A stretch of DNA of 64,000 nucleotides from an uncultured delta proteobacterium (GTDB lineage: Bacteria; Myxococcota_A; Polyangia; Palsa-1104), in the NCBI GenBank assembly GCA_963785725.1, contig CAWAWS010000007.1:288001-352000 (forward strand), read 5' to 3'. Shown here in pieces: positions 19,895-29,114 of this stretch; position 1 is the first letter of the stretch, and each line of letters starts with the position of its first letter. The translations under genes and the position numbers were made by a program. A model generated the notes under the pieces. That model worked only from the letters and a program-made list of their open reading frames with translations, searched no databases and was not told where the DNA came from.

Positions 19895-20086
19895 TTACGG
19901 ATGGTCGGCGCCGATTCCCCCAAGTGCAGGGGCGACAAGGCGCGCCGAGCCGCTCGCGCCGCCATCGGAATCCTGACCGGAATCGGCGGCCGCGCTGGCG
20001 TCGCTCGTGAGCAGCGGCGGAGCGGCGCCGTCCGTGCAGCCGCTCGCCAAGGTAAGCAGCAGGAGCGCGAGCGCACGAACCATCAT
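19895..20086 (-). CDS. Small putative lipoprotein (63 aa)
   Basis: Signal peptide with lipobox LASGC, then a low-complexity D/S/G/A linker only. Confidence 0.5.
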   Translation of the reverse strand: MMVRALALLLLTLASGCTDGAAPPLLTSDASAAADSGQDSDGGASGSARLVAPALGGIGADHP

Positions 20087-20103
20087 TCGATTGTAAACGA
20101 AAG

Positions 20104-20913
20104 CTACGGGATCTGCATTCCGCCCGAGACGTTGATCTCTTGTCCCGTGACGAAATCGGACAGCGGCGACGAGAAGAACAGGACGGCGTTGGCGATGTCC
20201 TCGGGCTCACCGAAGCGGCCGAGCGGAATCCGCGTCAGCATCGCCTGGCGCTGCTCTTCGGGCACGCCCAGCTCGTCGCCCTTTTGCTTGGCGGCGGTCA
20301 GGCGCGTGTTCGTGAAGCCGGGCGCGACGGCGTTGACGTTGATCCAGAAGCGGCCCCACTCCTGCGCGACCGTGCGCGTGATGCCGACGTTGCCCATCTT
20401 GGCGGCCGTGTAATTGACCTGCCCGGGATTGCCGCGGATGGCGGCCGTCGAGAAGAAGTTTACGATTTTACGGTGATATTTCGGGCTGCCCGTCTCTTCC
20501 AGCTCGCGCTTGGCGACGTCGCGCATAAAAGGAGCGGCAGAGCGAATGCAGTTGAAGGTGCCCTTCAAGTTGACGTCGATCACCAAATCCCACCAGTCGT
20601 CGGACAGCAGGTGGGTCATGCGATCGCGTGTGATTCCGGCGTTGTTGACGAGAATGTCGAGCTTGCCGAAGGAGTCGACCGCCAGCTTCATGAGCGCGTC
20701 GGTGTGGTTGCGCTCGGCGACCGAACCGAGGTGCACGACGGCCGAGCCCTTGGCGATTTCCTCACACGCGGCGCGGGCTTCCGCGGCCGGCTCGGCATCG
20801 ACGTCGTTGATGACGACCTTGGCGCCTTCGCGGACCAAAGTGAGGGCGCACGCGCGGCCGATGCCGCGACCCGCGCCGGTGACCACAGCCACGCGATCTT
20901 CGAGCAAACCCAT
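20104..20913 (-). CDS. SDR oxidoreductase, FabG-like 3-oxoacyl reductase
   Basis: TGAGRGIG, NNAG, YTAAK and NAVAPG. Confidence 0.9.
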   Translation of the reverse strand: MGLLEDRVAVVTGAGRGIGRACALTLVREGAKVVINDVDAEPAAEARAACEEIAKGSAVVHLGSVAERNHTDALMKLAVDSFGKLDILVNNAGITRDRMTHLLSDDWWDLVIDVNLKGTFNCIRSAAPFMRDVAKRELEETGSPKYHRKIVNFFSTAAIRGNPGQVNYTAAKMGNVGITRTVAQEWGRFWINVNAVAPGFTNTRLTAAKQKGDELGVPEEQRQAMLTRIPLGRFGEPEDIANAVLFFSSPLSDFVTGQEINVSGGMQIP

Positions 20914-20937
20914 GAATCCTCCGGTCGGAAAGGCTAC

Positions 20938-20966
20938 CTCATACGAATCTGATCGTATAACGTCAA
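20938..20966 (-). promoter_or_regulatory. Promoter of the SDR gene with an overlapping palindromic operator
   Basis: Minus strand TTGACG-N17-TATGAG. Inverted repeat ATACGA-N6-TCGTAT at 20941-20958. Confidence 0.6.
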
Positions 20967-21034
20967 GACCACATCATTAAGCAGGCTTACGGAACGTTGC
21001 CTAACGGGAGTTTTTCATGGTAGTTGGGTCCGGC

Positions 21035-21784
21035 ATGCAGGCGCCTGAGGAAGCGCTACCGCGCCATATCGCGATCATCATGGACGGCAACGGCCGTTGG
21101 GCGAAGCGCCGCGGCGCGCCGCGCATCGAAGGGCATCGCAAAGGCGCCGACTCGGTCCGCGAAGTGACGAAAGCGGCGCGCGAGCTCGGGATTGGCGCGC
21201 TGACGTTGTACGCGTTCTCGTCGCAGAATTGGGATCGGCCGATCGAGGAAGTGCGCATGTTGATGGCGCTTCTGCGTGACTACTTGGTCGACGAGCGCGC
21301 CGAAATCCTCGACAACGACATCCGGCTGACGACGATCGGCAACTTGGAGCGGCTGCCCGACTTCGTGCGCGAGCCGCTGCTCGAGCTTACGGCGGCGTCG
21401 GCGGGCAACAAGGGCATGACGTTGTGCCTGGCGCTGTCGTACGGCGGTCGCGAGGCGATTGTCGACGCGGCGCGCGCGCTCGTCGAAGGCGTGCTCGCCG
21501 GCGAGCTGCGCCCGCAAGACGTCAACGAGCTGAGCCTGGCCGAAGCCTTGTGCACGCGCTCCTTGCCGCCGCTCGATCTCGTCATTCGCACGTCGGGCGA
21601 GCAGCGGCTGTCGAATTTCCTTTTGTGGGAAGCGGCTTATGCCGAGCTCTACTTCACCGACACCTTGTGGCCGGACTTCAAGCGCGCCGATCTGATGGAC
21701 GCCATCGCCACCTTTCAAGGCCGCGAGCGGCGCTTCGGTCTGACCTCCGAGCAGGTCAAGCTGCGAGCCATCGCGCCCAAGTGA
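21035..21784 (+). CDS. uppS: Undecaprenyl diphosphate synthase
   Basis: PRHIAIIMDGNGRWA, YAFSSQNW, SYGGR and RTSGEQRLSNF. Alternative start at 21017. Confidence 0.95.
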   Translation: MQAPEEALPRHIAIIMDGNGRWAKRRGAPRIEGHRKGADSVREVTKAARELGIGALTLYAFSSQNWDRPIEEVRMLMALLRDYLVDERAEILDNDIRLTTIGNLERLPDFVREPLLELTAASAGNKGMTLCLALSYGGREAIVDAARALVEGVLAGELRPQDVNELSLAEALCTRSLPPLDLVIRTSGEQRLSNFLLWEAAYAELYFTDTLWPDFKRADLMDAIATFQGRERRFGLTSEQVKLRAIAPK

Positions 21785-21797
21785 TAGTGTTCGCCAC

Positions 21798-22628
21798 GTG
21801 AGCAATCTTCTCGCGCGGGTTCTGACCGCGGTCCTCCTCGTCCCGTTTCTCGTCGTCGCCATCCTCTGGTCGAATCCGATCGCCGTGTGGGCCATCGTGT
21901 TCGCCGCGACGTTCCTCGGCCTGCGCGAGTACTACAACATGACGCTGGCCAAGGAGCCGATGGTCGAGCGCGGCTTCGGCATCGGACTCGGCCTCGCGTT
22001 CGGCGCCGTCGTTTACTGGACCGACGGCACGTCGTTCGCCATCACGGCCACGCTCGCCGGCATCACCATCGCCGCGTTCTTGTTCTACCTGTTCCGCTAC
22101 GGCGACATGCAGACCGTCGCCGGCCGCGTGGCGCAGATGATCGTCGGCACGCTCTACGTCGCGCTCTTGTTGACGTTCGTCGCGCTCCTGAAAAAGCGGG
22201 GCAGCGACGGCGCACAATGGGTCTTCATCGCGCTCACGTGCACCTGGTTCTCGGACACGGGCGCCTACTTCGCCGGCCGCTTCATCGGTCCCGCCTGGCC
22301 GGTCAAGCTCTACGCCGCCGTCAGCCCGAAGAAGACGCTCATCGGCGGCATCGGCGGGCTCGTCGCCTCGTTCGGCGCGCTCGTCATCGCCAAGCTGTGG
22401 TATCTGCCGTCGCTGACGTGGATCGACTGCGTCGCCGTCGCCATCCCCGCGAACCTGCTCGGCCAGACGGGCGACCTGTGCGAGTCGATGCTCAAGCGCT
22501 CGGTCGGCGTCAAAGACTCGGGCGCGCTCTTGCCCGGCCACGGCGGCATGCTCGATCGCGTCGACGCGCTGCTCTTCATCGCGCCCTACGTCTACATCTA
22601 CGCGCACTACTGTTACGGCCGAATTTAG
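21798..22628 (+). CDS. cdsA: Phosphatidate cytidylyltransferase
   Basis: DTGAYFAG, SPKKT and GDLCESMLKRSVGVKDSG..LPGHGGMLDRVD. Confidence 0.95.
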   Translation: MSNLLARVLTAVLLVPFLVVAILWSNPIAVWAIVFAATFLGLREYYNMTLAKEPMVERGFGIGLGLAFGAVVYWTDGTSFAITATLAGITIAAFLFYLFRYGDMQTVAGRVAQMIVGTLYVALLLTFVALLKKRGSDGAQWVFIALTCTWFSDTGAYFAGRFIGPAWPVKLYAAVSPKKTLIGGIGGLVASFGALVIAKLWYLPSLTWIDCVAVAIPANLLGQTGDLCESMLKRSVGVKDSGALLPGHGGMLDRVDALLFIAPYVYIYAHYCYGRI

Positions 22629-22649
22629 CGCGCGTAGTATAGTTGGCGC

Positions 22650-23678
22650 ATGTCGCGCTCCGATCGCTTCCTGAAGGCCATCCGCGGTGAGGCGGTCGAT
22701 ACGACGCCGATTTGGATCATGCGTCAGGCGGGCCGTTACCTGCCGGAGTATCGCGCCACGCGCGCCAAAGCCGGCGACTTCCTCACGCTGTGCAAAACGC
22801 CGGAGCTGGCCTGCGAAGTGACGCTGCAGCCGATCGACAAGATCGGCGTCGACGCGGCGATTCTCTTCTCCGACATCCTGATTCCGCTCGAGCCGATGGG
22901 CGTGCCGCTGGCGTTTCCCGACGAAGGCCCGCGGCTGTCGCCGGTGCGCGACGAAGCCGGCATCGACAAGCTGCGCGTGCCCGATCCCGAGGCCGAATTT
23001 CCCTTCGTGATGGACGCGATCCGCCTGATTCGCCGCGCGCTCGACGGTCGCGTGCCGCTCATCGGCTTCGCGGGCGCGCCTTTTACGATGCTGACCTATG
23101 TCGTCGAAGGGCAGACGGGCAAGCAGTTTGCCGAGACCAAGAAGCTCCTGTTCGGCAATCCGACGGCGGCGCACAAGCTCTTGCAGAAGCTCGCGGATAC
23201 CGTCGCGATTTATTTGGCGGCGCAGGTCGAAGCGGGCGCGCAGACGGTGCAGATCTTCGACTCGTGGGTCGGTCAGCTCGGGCCCGACGACTTCCGCACG
23301 TTCGCCGCGCCCTACGTTCAGCAGATCGTCGACAAGCTGAAGCCCCTCGGCGCGCCCATCATCTACTTCGCCAACGACGGCGGCTCGCTGCTCGGCGACG
23401 CGGCCAAGCTCGGTGCCGACGCGCTCGGCGTCGATTGGCGCACGCCGCTCGACGAAGCGCGCCTGAAGACGGGAGACCACGTCACGCTGCAAGGCAACCT
23501 CGATCCCTGCCTCTTGTTCGCGCCCATCGCGGAGATCGAGCGGCGGACGACGGATGTCATGCGGCGCGCGGCCGGAAAGCGGCACATCTTCAACCTCGGC
23601 CACGGCATTTTGCCGGGCACGCCGCCCGAGCACGCGCAGGCGCTCGTCGAGATCGTGCATCGCTTGGGACAACGCTAG
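22650..23678 (+). CDS. hemE: Uroporphyrinogen decarboxylase
   Basis: PIWIMRQAGRYLPEY, DAAILFSDIL, QGNLDP and FNLGHG. Confidence 0.96.
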   Translation: MSRSDRFLKAIRGEAVDTTPIWIMRQAGRYLPEYRATRAKAGDFLTLCKTPELACEVTLQPIDKIGVDAAILFSDILIPLEPMGVPLAFPDEGPRLSPVRDEAGIDKLRVPDPEAEFPFVMDAIRLIRRALDGRVPLIGFAGAPFTMLTYVVEGQTGKQFAETKKLLFGNPTAAHKLLQKLADTVAIYLAAQVEAGAQTVQIFDSWVGQLGPDDFRTFAAPYVQQIVDKLKPLGAPIIYFANDGGSLLGDAAKLGADALGVDWRTPLDEARLKTGDHVTLQGNLDPCLLFAPIAEIERRTTDVMRRAAGKRHIFNLGHGILPGTPPEHAQALVEIVHRLGQR

Positions 23679-23741
23679 CGAAAGCCCGCGCGTCGTTTGG
23701 CGGAACTTGGGTCGCCGAACAAACGCGCTTATAGTCCGCAG

Positions 23742-24068
23742 ATGACGTCCGAACGGCGACTGGCTCCGCGGGTGGGCGTGCAAATCTGGGTCGAAGAGGC
23801 CACCGAGCACGAGCTCTATTTCCAACGCTCGGCCGATATCTCGACCGGCGGGATCTATCTCGAAAATACGATCCCGCATCCGCTCGGCACCATCGTCAAT
23901 CTGCGCTTTGCTTTGCCGGGCTCGAAGGACAAATTCGAGACGAAGGCGGAGGTCGTCGGCGCCATCGCCGGCGAAAAAGAGATGGGCATGAGCTTGAAGT
24001 TCATCGATCTCGCGCCGGCGCACATCGAGCAGATCCGGCAGTTCATCGAAACCCACGCCGGCGGCTGA
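23742..24068 (+). CDS. PilZ domain protein (myxobacterial TIGR02266-like)
   Basis: RRLAPR (RxxxR) and DISTGG (DxSxxG) are intact. Confidence 0.85.
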   Translation: MTSERRLAPRVGVQIWVEEATEHELYFQRSADISTGGIYLENTIPHPLGTIVNLRFALPGSKDKFETKAEVVGAIAGEKEMGMSLKFIDLAPAHIEQIRQFIETHAGG

Positions 24069-24721
24069 TGCGGCGGACGATCGAGGACGTCCTCGTCGAG
24101 GCCGGGCTCATCGACGAGGCGCGGCTCCGTCACGTGCGCCGCTACGCGCGGCACAACGGCGTCTGCTTGGCGCGCGCGCTCGTCGAGAACGCCAGCGTCG
24201 ACGAGGAGCTGCTGGCGGCGACGATGGCGCAGACGTTGTCGCTGCCGCGCGTGGATTTGGCGCGCGAGCCGGTCGACGAGGACGCCGTCCGCGAAGTGCC
24301 GTACGACCTGGCCGACGGTCGCCGCCTCTTGCCCATCGGCATCGAGCGCAGCGACAAGCGGCGCGTCATTCGCGTGGCCATGGCCGATCCGCTCGACTTC
24401 GACGCCACCGAAGAGATCGAGATGTCGACCGGCTGCACCATCGAGCCGCTCGTCGGTCGCGTCGGCGAGATCGGCGACGCCGTGATGCGCTATTACCGCG
24501 GCGTCATCACCAAGATGATCCCGCGGAAGCCTTACTTCGGCGCGACTTTGGCCGCCAACGCGCAGCCGACGACGCAGCCGCATCGCAACATCACCGACGA
24601 AGCGACGCCCGAAATCGGCTTGCAGGCGCTGATCGAGCTGCTCGTCGAGCGTGGCCTCGTCGATCGCGACGCGTGGACGGAGGCCGTGCGCCAGCTCATG
24701 AAAGAGCGGGCCGGCGAATAA
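24068..24721 (+). CDS. Stand-alone MshEN/T2SSE_N domain protein without ATPase
   Basis: RRTIEDVLVEAGLID...LARALVE, LPRVDL, VAMADPLD and a C-terminal LIELLVERGLV helix. Confidence 0.75.
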   Translation: MRRTIEDVLVEAGLIDEARLRHVRRYARHNGVCLARALVENASVDEELLAATMAQTLSLPRVDLAREPVDEDAVREVPYDLADGRRLLPIGIERSDKRRVIRVAMADPLDFDATEEIEMSTGCTIEPLVGRVGEIGDAVMRYYRGVITKMIPRKPYFGATLAANAQPTTQPHRNITDEATPEIGLQALIELLVERGLVDRDAWTEAVRQLMKERAGE

Positions 24722-24799
24722 AAGGCGCGTCGGTCGCGTACAAACGCGAATGACGCTGTTTTGATTGCGCCGCGTGGCGTCGTGCTATGCTCCGCGACC

Positions 24800-25759
24800 A
24801 TGCGAAGGCTGCGGAACTGCGCGGCGCTGTTGGGCTTGAGCGCTCTCGTCTTCGTCGCCATCGGCAGCGCCGCATCGGCCGCCGAACGGGTGGCGGCGCT
24901 CGTGCCCCAAACGCGACCGGCAGCGGCGACGGAAGTGCGCGACCGTTTTCACGAGGCGGTGACGCGCGGTCTGCAAACCGGCGGCGACGAGGTCGTGCCC
25001 GCGGCCGAGGTGCGGCTTCGGCTCGGCGCCGTGACCGAGATGCTCGAGTGCGACGGCGCGGTCGCGTGCGTCGCCAGCGTCGTGCAGGCGCTGCATGTCG
25101 CGCACGTCGTCGCCAGCGACATCGAGATCTCGGGCAAGGACTACGCGATCAAGCTCCGGCTCTTGGATCAGAGCGGTCGCGAGCTGGCCAAGGTCGACGA
25201 GCCTTGCGACATTTGCACCGTCAAAGAGGCGGACGAAGCGGTGTTGCGCGCGGCGACGAAGCTGGCGACGGCGGCGAAGGCGTTGCCGGCCGAGATCAAG
25301 CCGGTCGAGCCGGTGCCGCCGCCGAAGCCGGAAGCGATCGTCAAGCCCGAGCAGCCGCCGCCGCACGTCGAAGAGGCGCCGCCGCAGGCGACGCCGACGC
25401 CGGCGCCGCTGAGTGATCCGCTGGCGCTGCAGCCGCAGCCGGAGAAGAGGGGGTTTCCGTGGCGGCCGGTCGCGATCGCGTCGCTGGCGGCGGGGGTCGT
25501 CGGCTTGGCGGTCGGCATTCCGCTGCTCGCCATCGACGGCGATCCGACGTGCAACAAGCCCAACCCGCGCACCAGCTGCCCCAACGTCTACAACACGGTC
25601 GGCGGCGGCGCGACGCTGCTGACGCTCGGCATCGCCGGCGTCGCGGCTTCGGGCGTGCTGTTCTATTTCGACCATCGCGCGCGGAACAAAGCGCACCCGA
25701 ATGTCGTCGTGATTCCAACGGCTGGCGGCGCTTTCGTGAGCACGGGCGGCCACTTCTGA
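24800..25759 (+). CDS. Secreted/membrane protein of myxobacterial type (signal peptide, Pro-rich linker, C-terminal hydrophobic hairpin)
   Basis: Signal ending ASA, Cys pairs, two C-terminal hydrophobic segments, terminal Phe. Confidence 0.65.
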   Translation: MRRLRNCAALLGLSALVFVAIGSAASAAERVAALVPQTRPAAATEVRDRFHEAVTRGLQTGGDEVVPAAEVRLRLGAVTEMLECDGAVACVASVVQALHVAHVVASDIEISGKDYAIKLRLLDQSGRELAKVDEPCDICTVKEADEAVLRAATKLATAAKALPAEIKPVEPVPPPKPEAIVKPEQPPPHVEEAPPQATPTPAPLSDPLALQPQPEKRGFPWRPVAIASLAAGVVGLAVGIPLLAIDGDPTCNKPNPRTSCPNVYNTVGGGATLLTLGIAGVAASGVLFYFDHRARNKAHPNVVVIPTAGGAFVSTGGHF

Positions 25760-25781
25760 TGTTTGCTAGGATTTGCCCAGC

Positions 25782-28530
25782 ATGAGGCATTGCACCCAAT
25801 GCGGCGCGTCGACGCCGGACGATGCGCGCTTCTGCCCACGCTGCGGCGCGGCCGTGGCAGCGGCGGCGACGAGTGACGCTTCGTTGGGCAAGGTCATCGC
25901 CGATCGCTACTTGCTCGTCGAGAAGATCGGGCAAGGCGGATCGGGAACGATCTATCGCGGCGAGCACACGACGCTGCGCAAACGCGTGGCCGTCAAGGTG
26001 TTGCACGCGCAGCTCTCGGCCGACGATCGCGCCATCGAACGCTTTCGCCGCGAAGCGACGACGGTGGCCGAGCTCGACAACGAGCACATCCTGCAGGTGC
26101 TCGACTTCGGTCGCACCGACGACAATCGGCTCTTCTTCGCCATGGAGTTCTTGGAAGGCGAGCCGCTGACGAAGCTGATCGAGCGCGACAAGTGGCTGAC
26201 GGTGCCGCGCACGACCGACATCCTCGGGCAGATCGCCGAAGCGCTGATGGAGGCGCACAACCTCGGCTACATCCATCGCGACTTGCGGCCGCGCAACGTG
26301 TTCCTGACGACGAAACGAGGGCGCGCCGACTTCGTCAAGCTGCTCGACTTCGGTCTGTCGAAGCTGATCGTGCCCAACTCCGAAGCCAAGCAGACGGCGA
26401 TGGGCATGACGTTCGGCGATCCGCGCTACATGTCGCCCGAGCAGGCGCGCGGCGAGACGCTCGATCGTCGCTCCGACATCTATTCGTTGGGCGCCATCGC
26501 GTTCGAGATGCTGGTCGGGACGCCGCCGTATACGGGCTCCGGCACGTTCGAGATCCTGCAGCAGCACTTGGATGCGCCGGTGCCGAGCGTGCGCGAGCGG
26601 CGCGCCGATTGTCCCGAGTGGCTCGATGCGGTCGTGCGGCGCGCGCTGGCGAAGAAGCCCGCCGGCCGCTTCTTGACGGTGGCGCAGGTCATCGACTGCT
26701 TGCGGACGCAGACGGCGCCGCCGGCGTTGGATGCCGCGCAGCAGGCCGAGCACGCGAAGCTGACGTCGGAAGCGGCGCGCAGCAGCGACGTGACGATGGG
26801 CAAGGTAACGCCGGCGCCGCTGCCGCCGGCCGCGAAGCCGGCGCCGGTGGCAGTCGCGCCGGTGGCAGCCGGTCCGGCGGTGCCGAATGCGCCGGCCGTC
26901 AAAGCCGCGGCGACGAGCGGGCCGTCGAAGACGGTGCCGATGCCGACGGCGCTGGCGGCGGCGTTGGCGGCGCCGGCCGCACAACCGGCGCCGGCGGTGA
27001 GCACGCTGGCGGCGGCGATGGGCCCGCCGACGAATGGCGCGTCCGAGCCAGCCGCGCGGTCGCCGCGCGAGACCCAGTCGATGATGGCGGCGCCGAAGCA
27101 GGCGCCGGCCGCGCCGACGCCGGCCGCGCCCGTCGCTGCGCCGGTTGCCGCTGCGCCGCCCGCGCCGAAGCTGCCGGAAAAGGTCGACAAGCCGGAGAAC
27201 AAGAAGCCGAAGCCCGATGCGCGGCGCGCGCCGGCCGATGTGCCGTCGGCGGCGCAGTCGGGCAGCGTCGACATGACGCCGGCGTCGACGCCGCAGCTCG
27301 ATCCGCAGAACGTGCCGTCGGTGGTCGTCGAGTCGGCGTCGGGCGAGCGGACGGTGCCGGTCAAGCTGAGCCATTTCGTGGCGGCCGCCGCTGCGCCGTC
27401 GGTCGACGAGTCGCGCGCTGTCGCACCGCCGCCGCCGCCACCGCAAGTCGTCGAGCCGGTGCGCAAGCATGACCGGCCGCCGACGGGCGAGTGGTTCGCC
27501 AACGAGTCGGAGCCGCTGCGTGGCTCATCGACGTCGGCTTACGACGATCTGGACGAGCTGCCCAAGAACAACAAAGGGCCGGTCATCATCGGGATCGTCG
27601 CGGGCGGCTTGTTGCTCGCGGTCGGTGTCGTCATTCTGTTGTTGCCGAAGCCGGTGCACAAGCCGTTGCGCGGCGAAGAGGCGCTGGCGACGAACGCGGC
27701 GCCGCCGAGCGGTGTCGCGAGCGCGCCGACGCCCGCTGCGCCGACGCCGCAGCCGGTCGCGGCTGCGCCGACGCCCGCTGTCGAGCCGGCGACGACGCCG
27801 CCGCCGGCCGTTGCCGCCGCGCCAGTTTCACCGCCGCCCGTCGCCAAGCCGATCGTCGCAGCGACACCGCCGGTGACGAAGCCGACGCCGGCGCCGGAAA
27901 AGCCGGCCGTCGTGGTCGCGCCGCCGCCGAAGTCGGAGCCGGTCGTCGCGGCGCATCCGGTCGCCAAGGAGCCGCCGGCGCACGTCGAGAAGGTGGAGCC
28001 CAAGGCCAAGCCGGTGACGCGCGTGGCGTCGACGACCCGACCGGCCGCGCCGCCGCCGCCGAGCGATCGGCCGACGTCGAGCGCCAAGCACGACAAGTCG
28101 ATGCCCGAAGGCTTCAAGGATCCCTTTGCCAGCGAGCCGGCGTCGGCCAAGAACGAAGCGGCGCAAGCCGACTTCTTCATCAAGCTGGGCCGGCAAAAGC
28201 TGGGCGCCAGCGATTCTGAGCGGCGCGGCCACGAACTTCAACAAGGCGCGCGAGTTCGATCCGCGCAGCGCCGACGCCGTCGCCGGGCTCGGCGAAGTGG
28301 CGTTCGAGCAGGGCGACTACTCGGGCGCGGCCGTGCACTTGAAGCAGGCGCTACGGCTGTCGCCCAATCGTCCGCGTTATCTCGTGCTGCTCGGGCAGGC
28401 CTACTACAAGCTCGGCAAGCCCAAGGACGCCGTCGGCGAATACAAGAAAGCGCTGCGCGCCGATCCCAGCAACCAAGAGGCGCAACACTCGCTCGACGTC
28501 GCCGAACGCAAGCTTCAATCGGGCGGCTGA
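25782..28530 (+). CDS. Hanks-type protein kinase: zinc ribbon, kinase, Pro/Ala linker, TM, TPR (one +1 frameshift near 28215)
   Basis: CTQC...CPRC, GQGGSG, VAVK, HRDLRPRN, DFG, YMSPE, SDIYSLG, then a TM. The TPR continues in another frame to TGA at 28530. Confidence 0.85.
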
Positions 28531-28590
28531 ACCGCCCAGGCGCGCTCGTCGGCGCCCGAAGCTTCGGCGTCCTCAGACTCCGAGCACGCG

Positions 28591-28743
28591 CTATCTGCGG
28601 CGCTTCGGCGGTGCGATGTACTTATCGCGCTCCGTCGAAGCGACCGTCGGACTACCGTCTCGACGATGCGATACCTTGAGTGTTACGCGGCGGTGAGAAG
28701 CCTTCAGGGTGAAGCGGGGTCGGCCGGGCAGCGGATCACGCAT
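28591..28743 (-). CDS. 50-aa basic microprotein with tandem TLKxSHRR motif (not in the ORF track)
   Basis: MRDPLPGRPRFTLKASHRRVTLKVSHRRDGSPTVASTERDKYIAPPKRRR. SD AGGGAGG upstream. The repeat is conserved in amino acids with different codons. Confidence 0.6.
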   Translation of the reverse strand: MRDPLPGRPRFTLKASHRRVTLKVSHRRDGSPTVASTERDKYIAPPKRRR

Positions 28744-28881
28744 GCAGTGGGGACCTCCCTACCCATGAGTGTTAAGTACGCGGATCTTTCAGGTCAAGTT
28801 TCGTCTTGGTGACTTCGTCGCCGTTACGAGAATCACGTGTAATTCCTCGGCAGTGACTGGCTAGCGACGGCCCCGTGACTA

Positions 28882-28890
28882 TGTTATAGT
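28882..28890 (+). promoter_or_regulatory. Candidate extended -10 element
   Basis: TGTTATAGT (TGnTATAgT) about 38 nt upstream of the ATG at 28928. Confidence 0.4.
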
Positions 28891-28927
28891 CCATCAGGAG
28901 CCGTGGGCTGGCTCTTCGGAGAATGAG

Positions 28928-29104
28928 ATGCAGCTCTCGTTCTTGCAAGATCGCGAGTCGGGGGCGGACGAGTGGGAGCCGGAGGAGCTTCAGCTCCCGC
29001 TGGTTGCCCCGTGGCCGCGTCCGCTATCGCCAGTGGCGATCGAGATCGACGCTCCGGAGACCGATTCGGGACGGCGTGGCGTAATCATCATCGACCTCAC
29101 CTGA
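28928..29104 (+). CDS. 58-aa acidic microprotein (not in the ORF track)
   Basis: MQLSFLQDRESGADEWEPEELQLPLVAPWPRPLSPVAIEIDAPETDSGRRGVIIIDLT. SD GGAG upstream. Confidence 0.65.
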   Translation: MQLSFLQDRESGADEWEPEELQLPLVAPWPRPLSPVAIEIDAPETDSGRRGVIIIDLT

Positions 29105-29114
29105 GGAACGATCC

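Noticed and set aside
19828..19895. Sigma54 promoter for pspA (cggcacattgc)
   Set aside because: The GG-to-GC spacing is not 10 nt, and a sigma70-like pair fits better.
28200..28230. Programmed frameshift giving kinase isoforms with or without TPR
   Set aside because: No slippery heptamer is present, and it has the same +1 signature as the errors in housekeeping genes.
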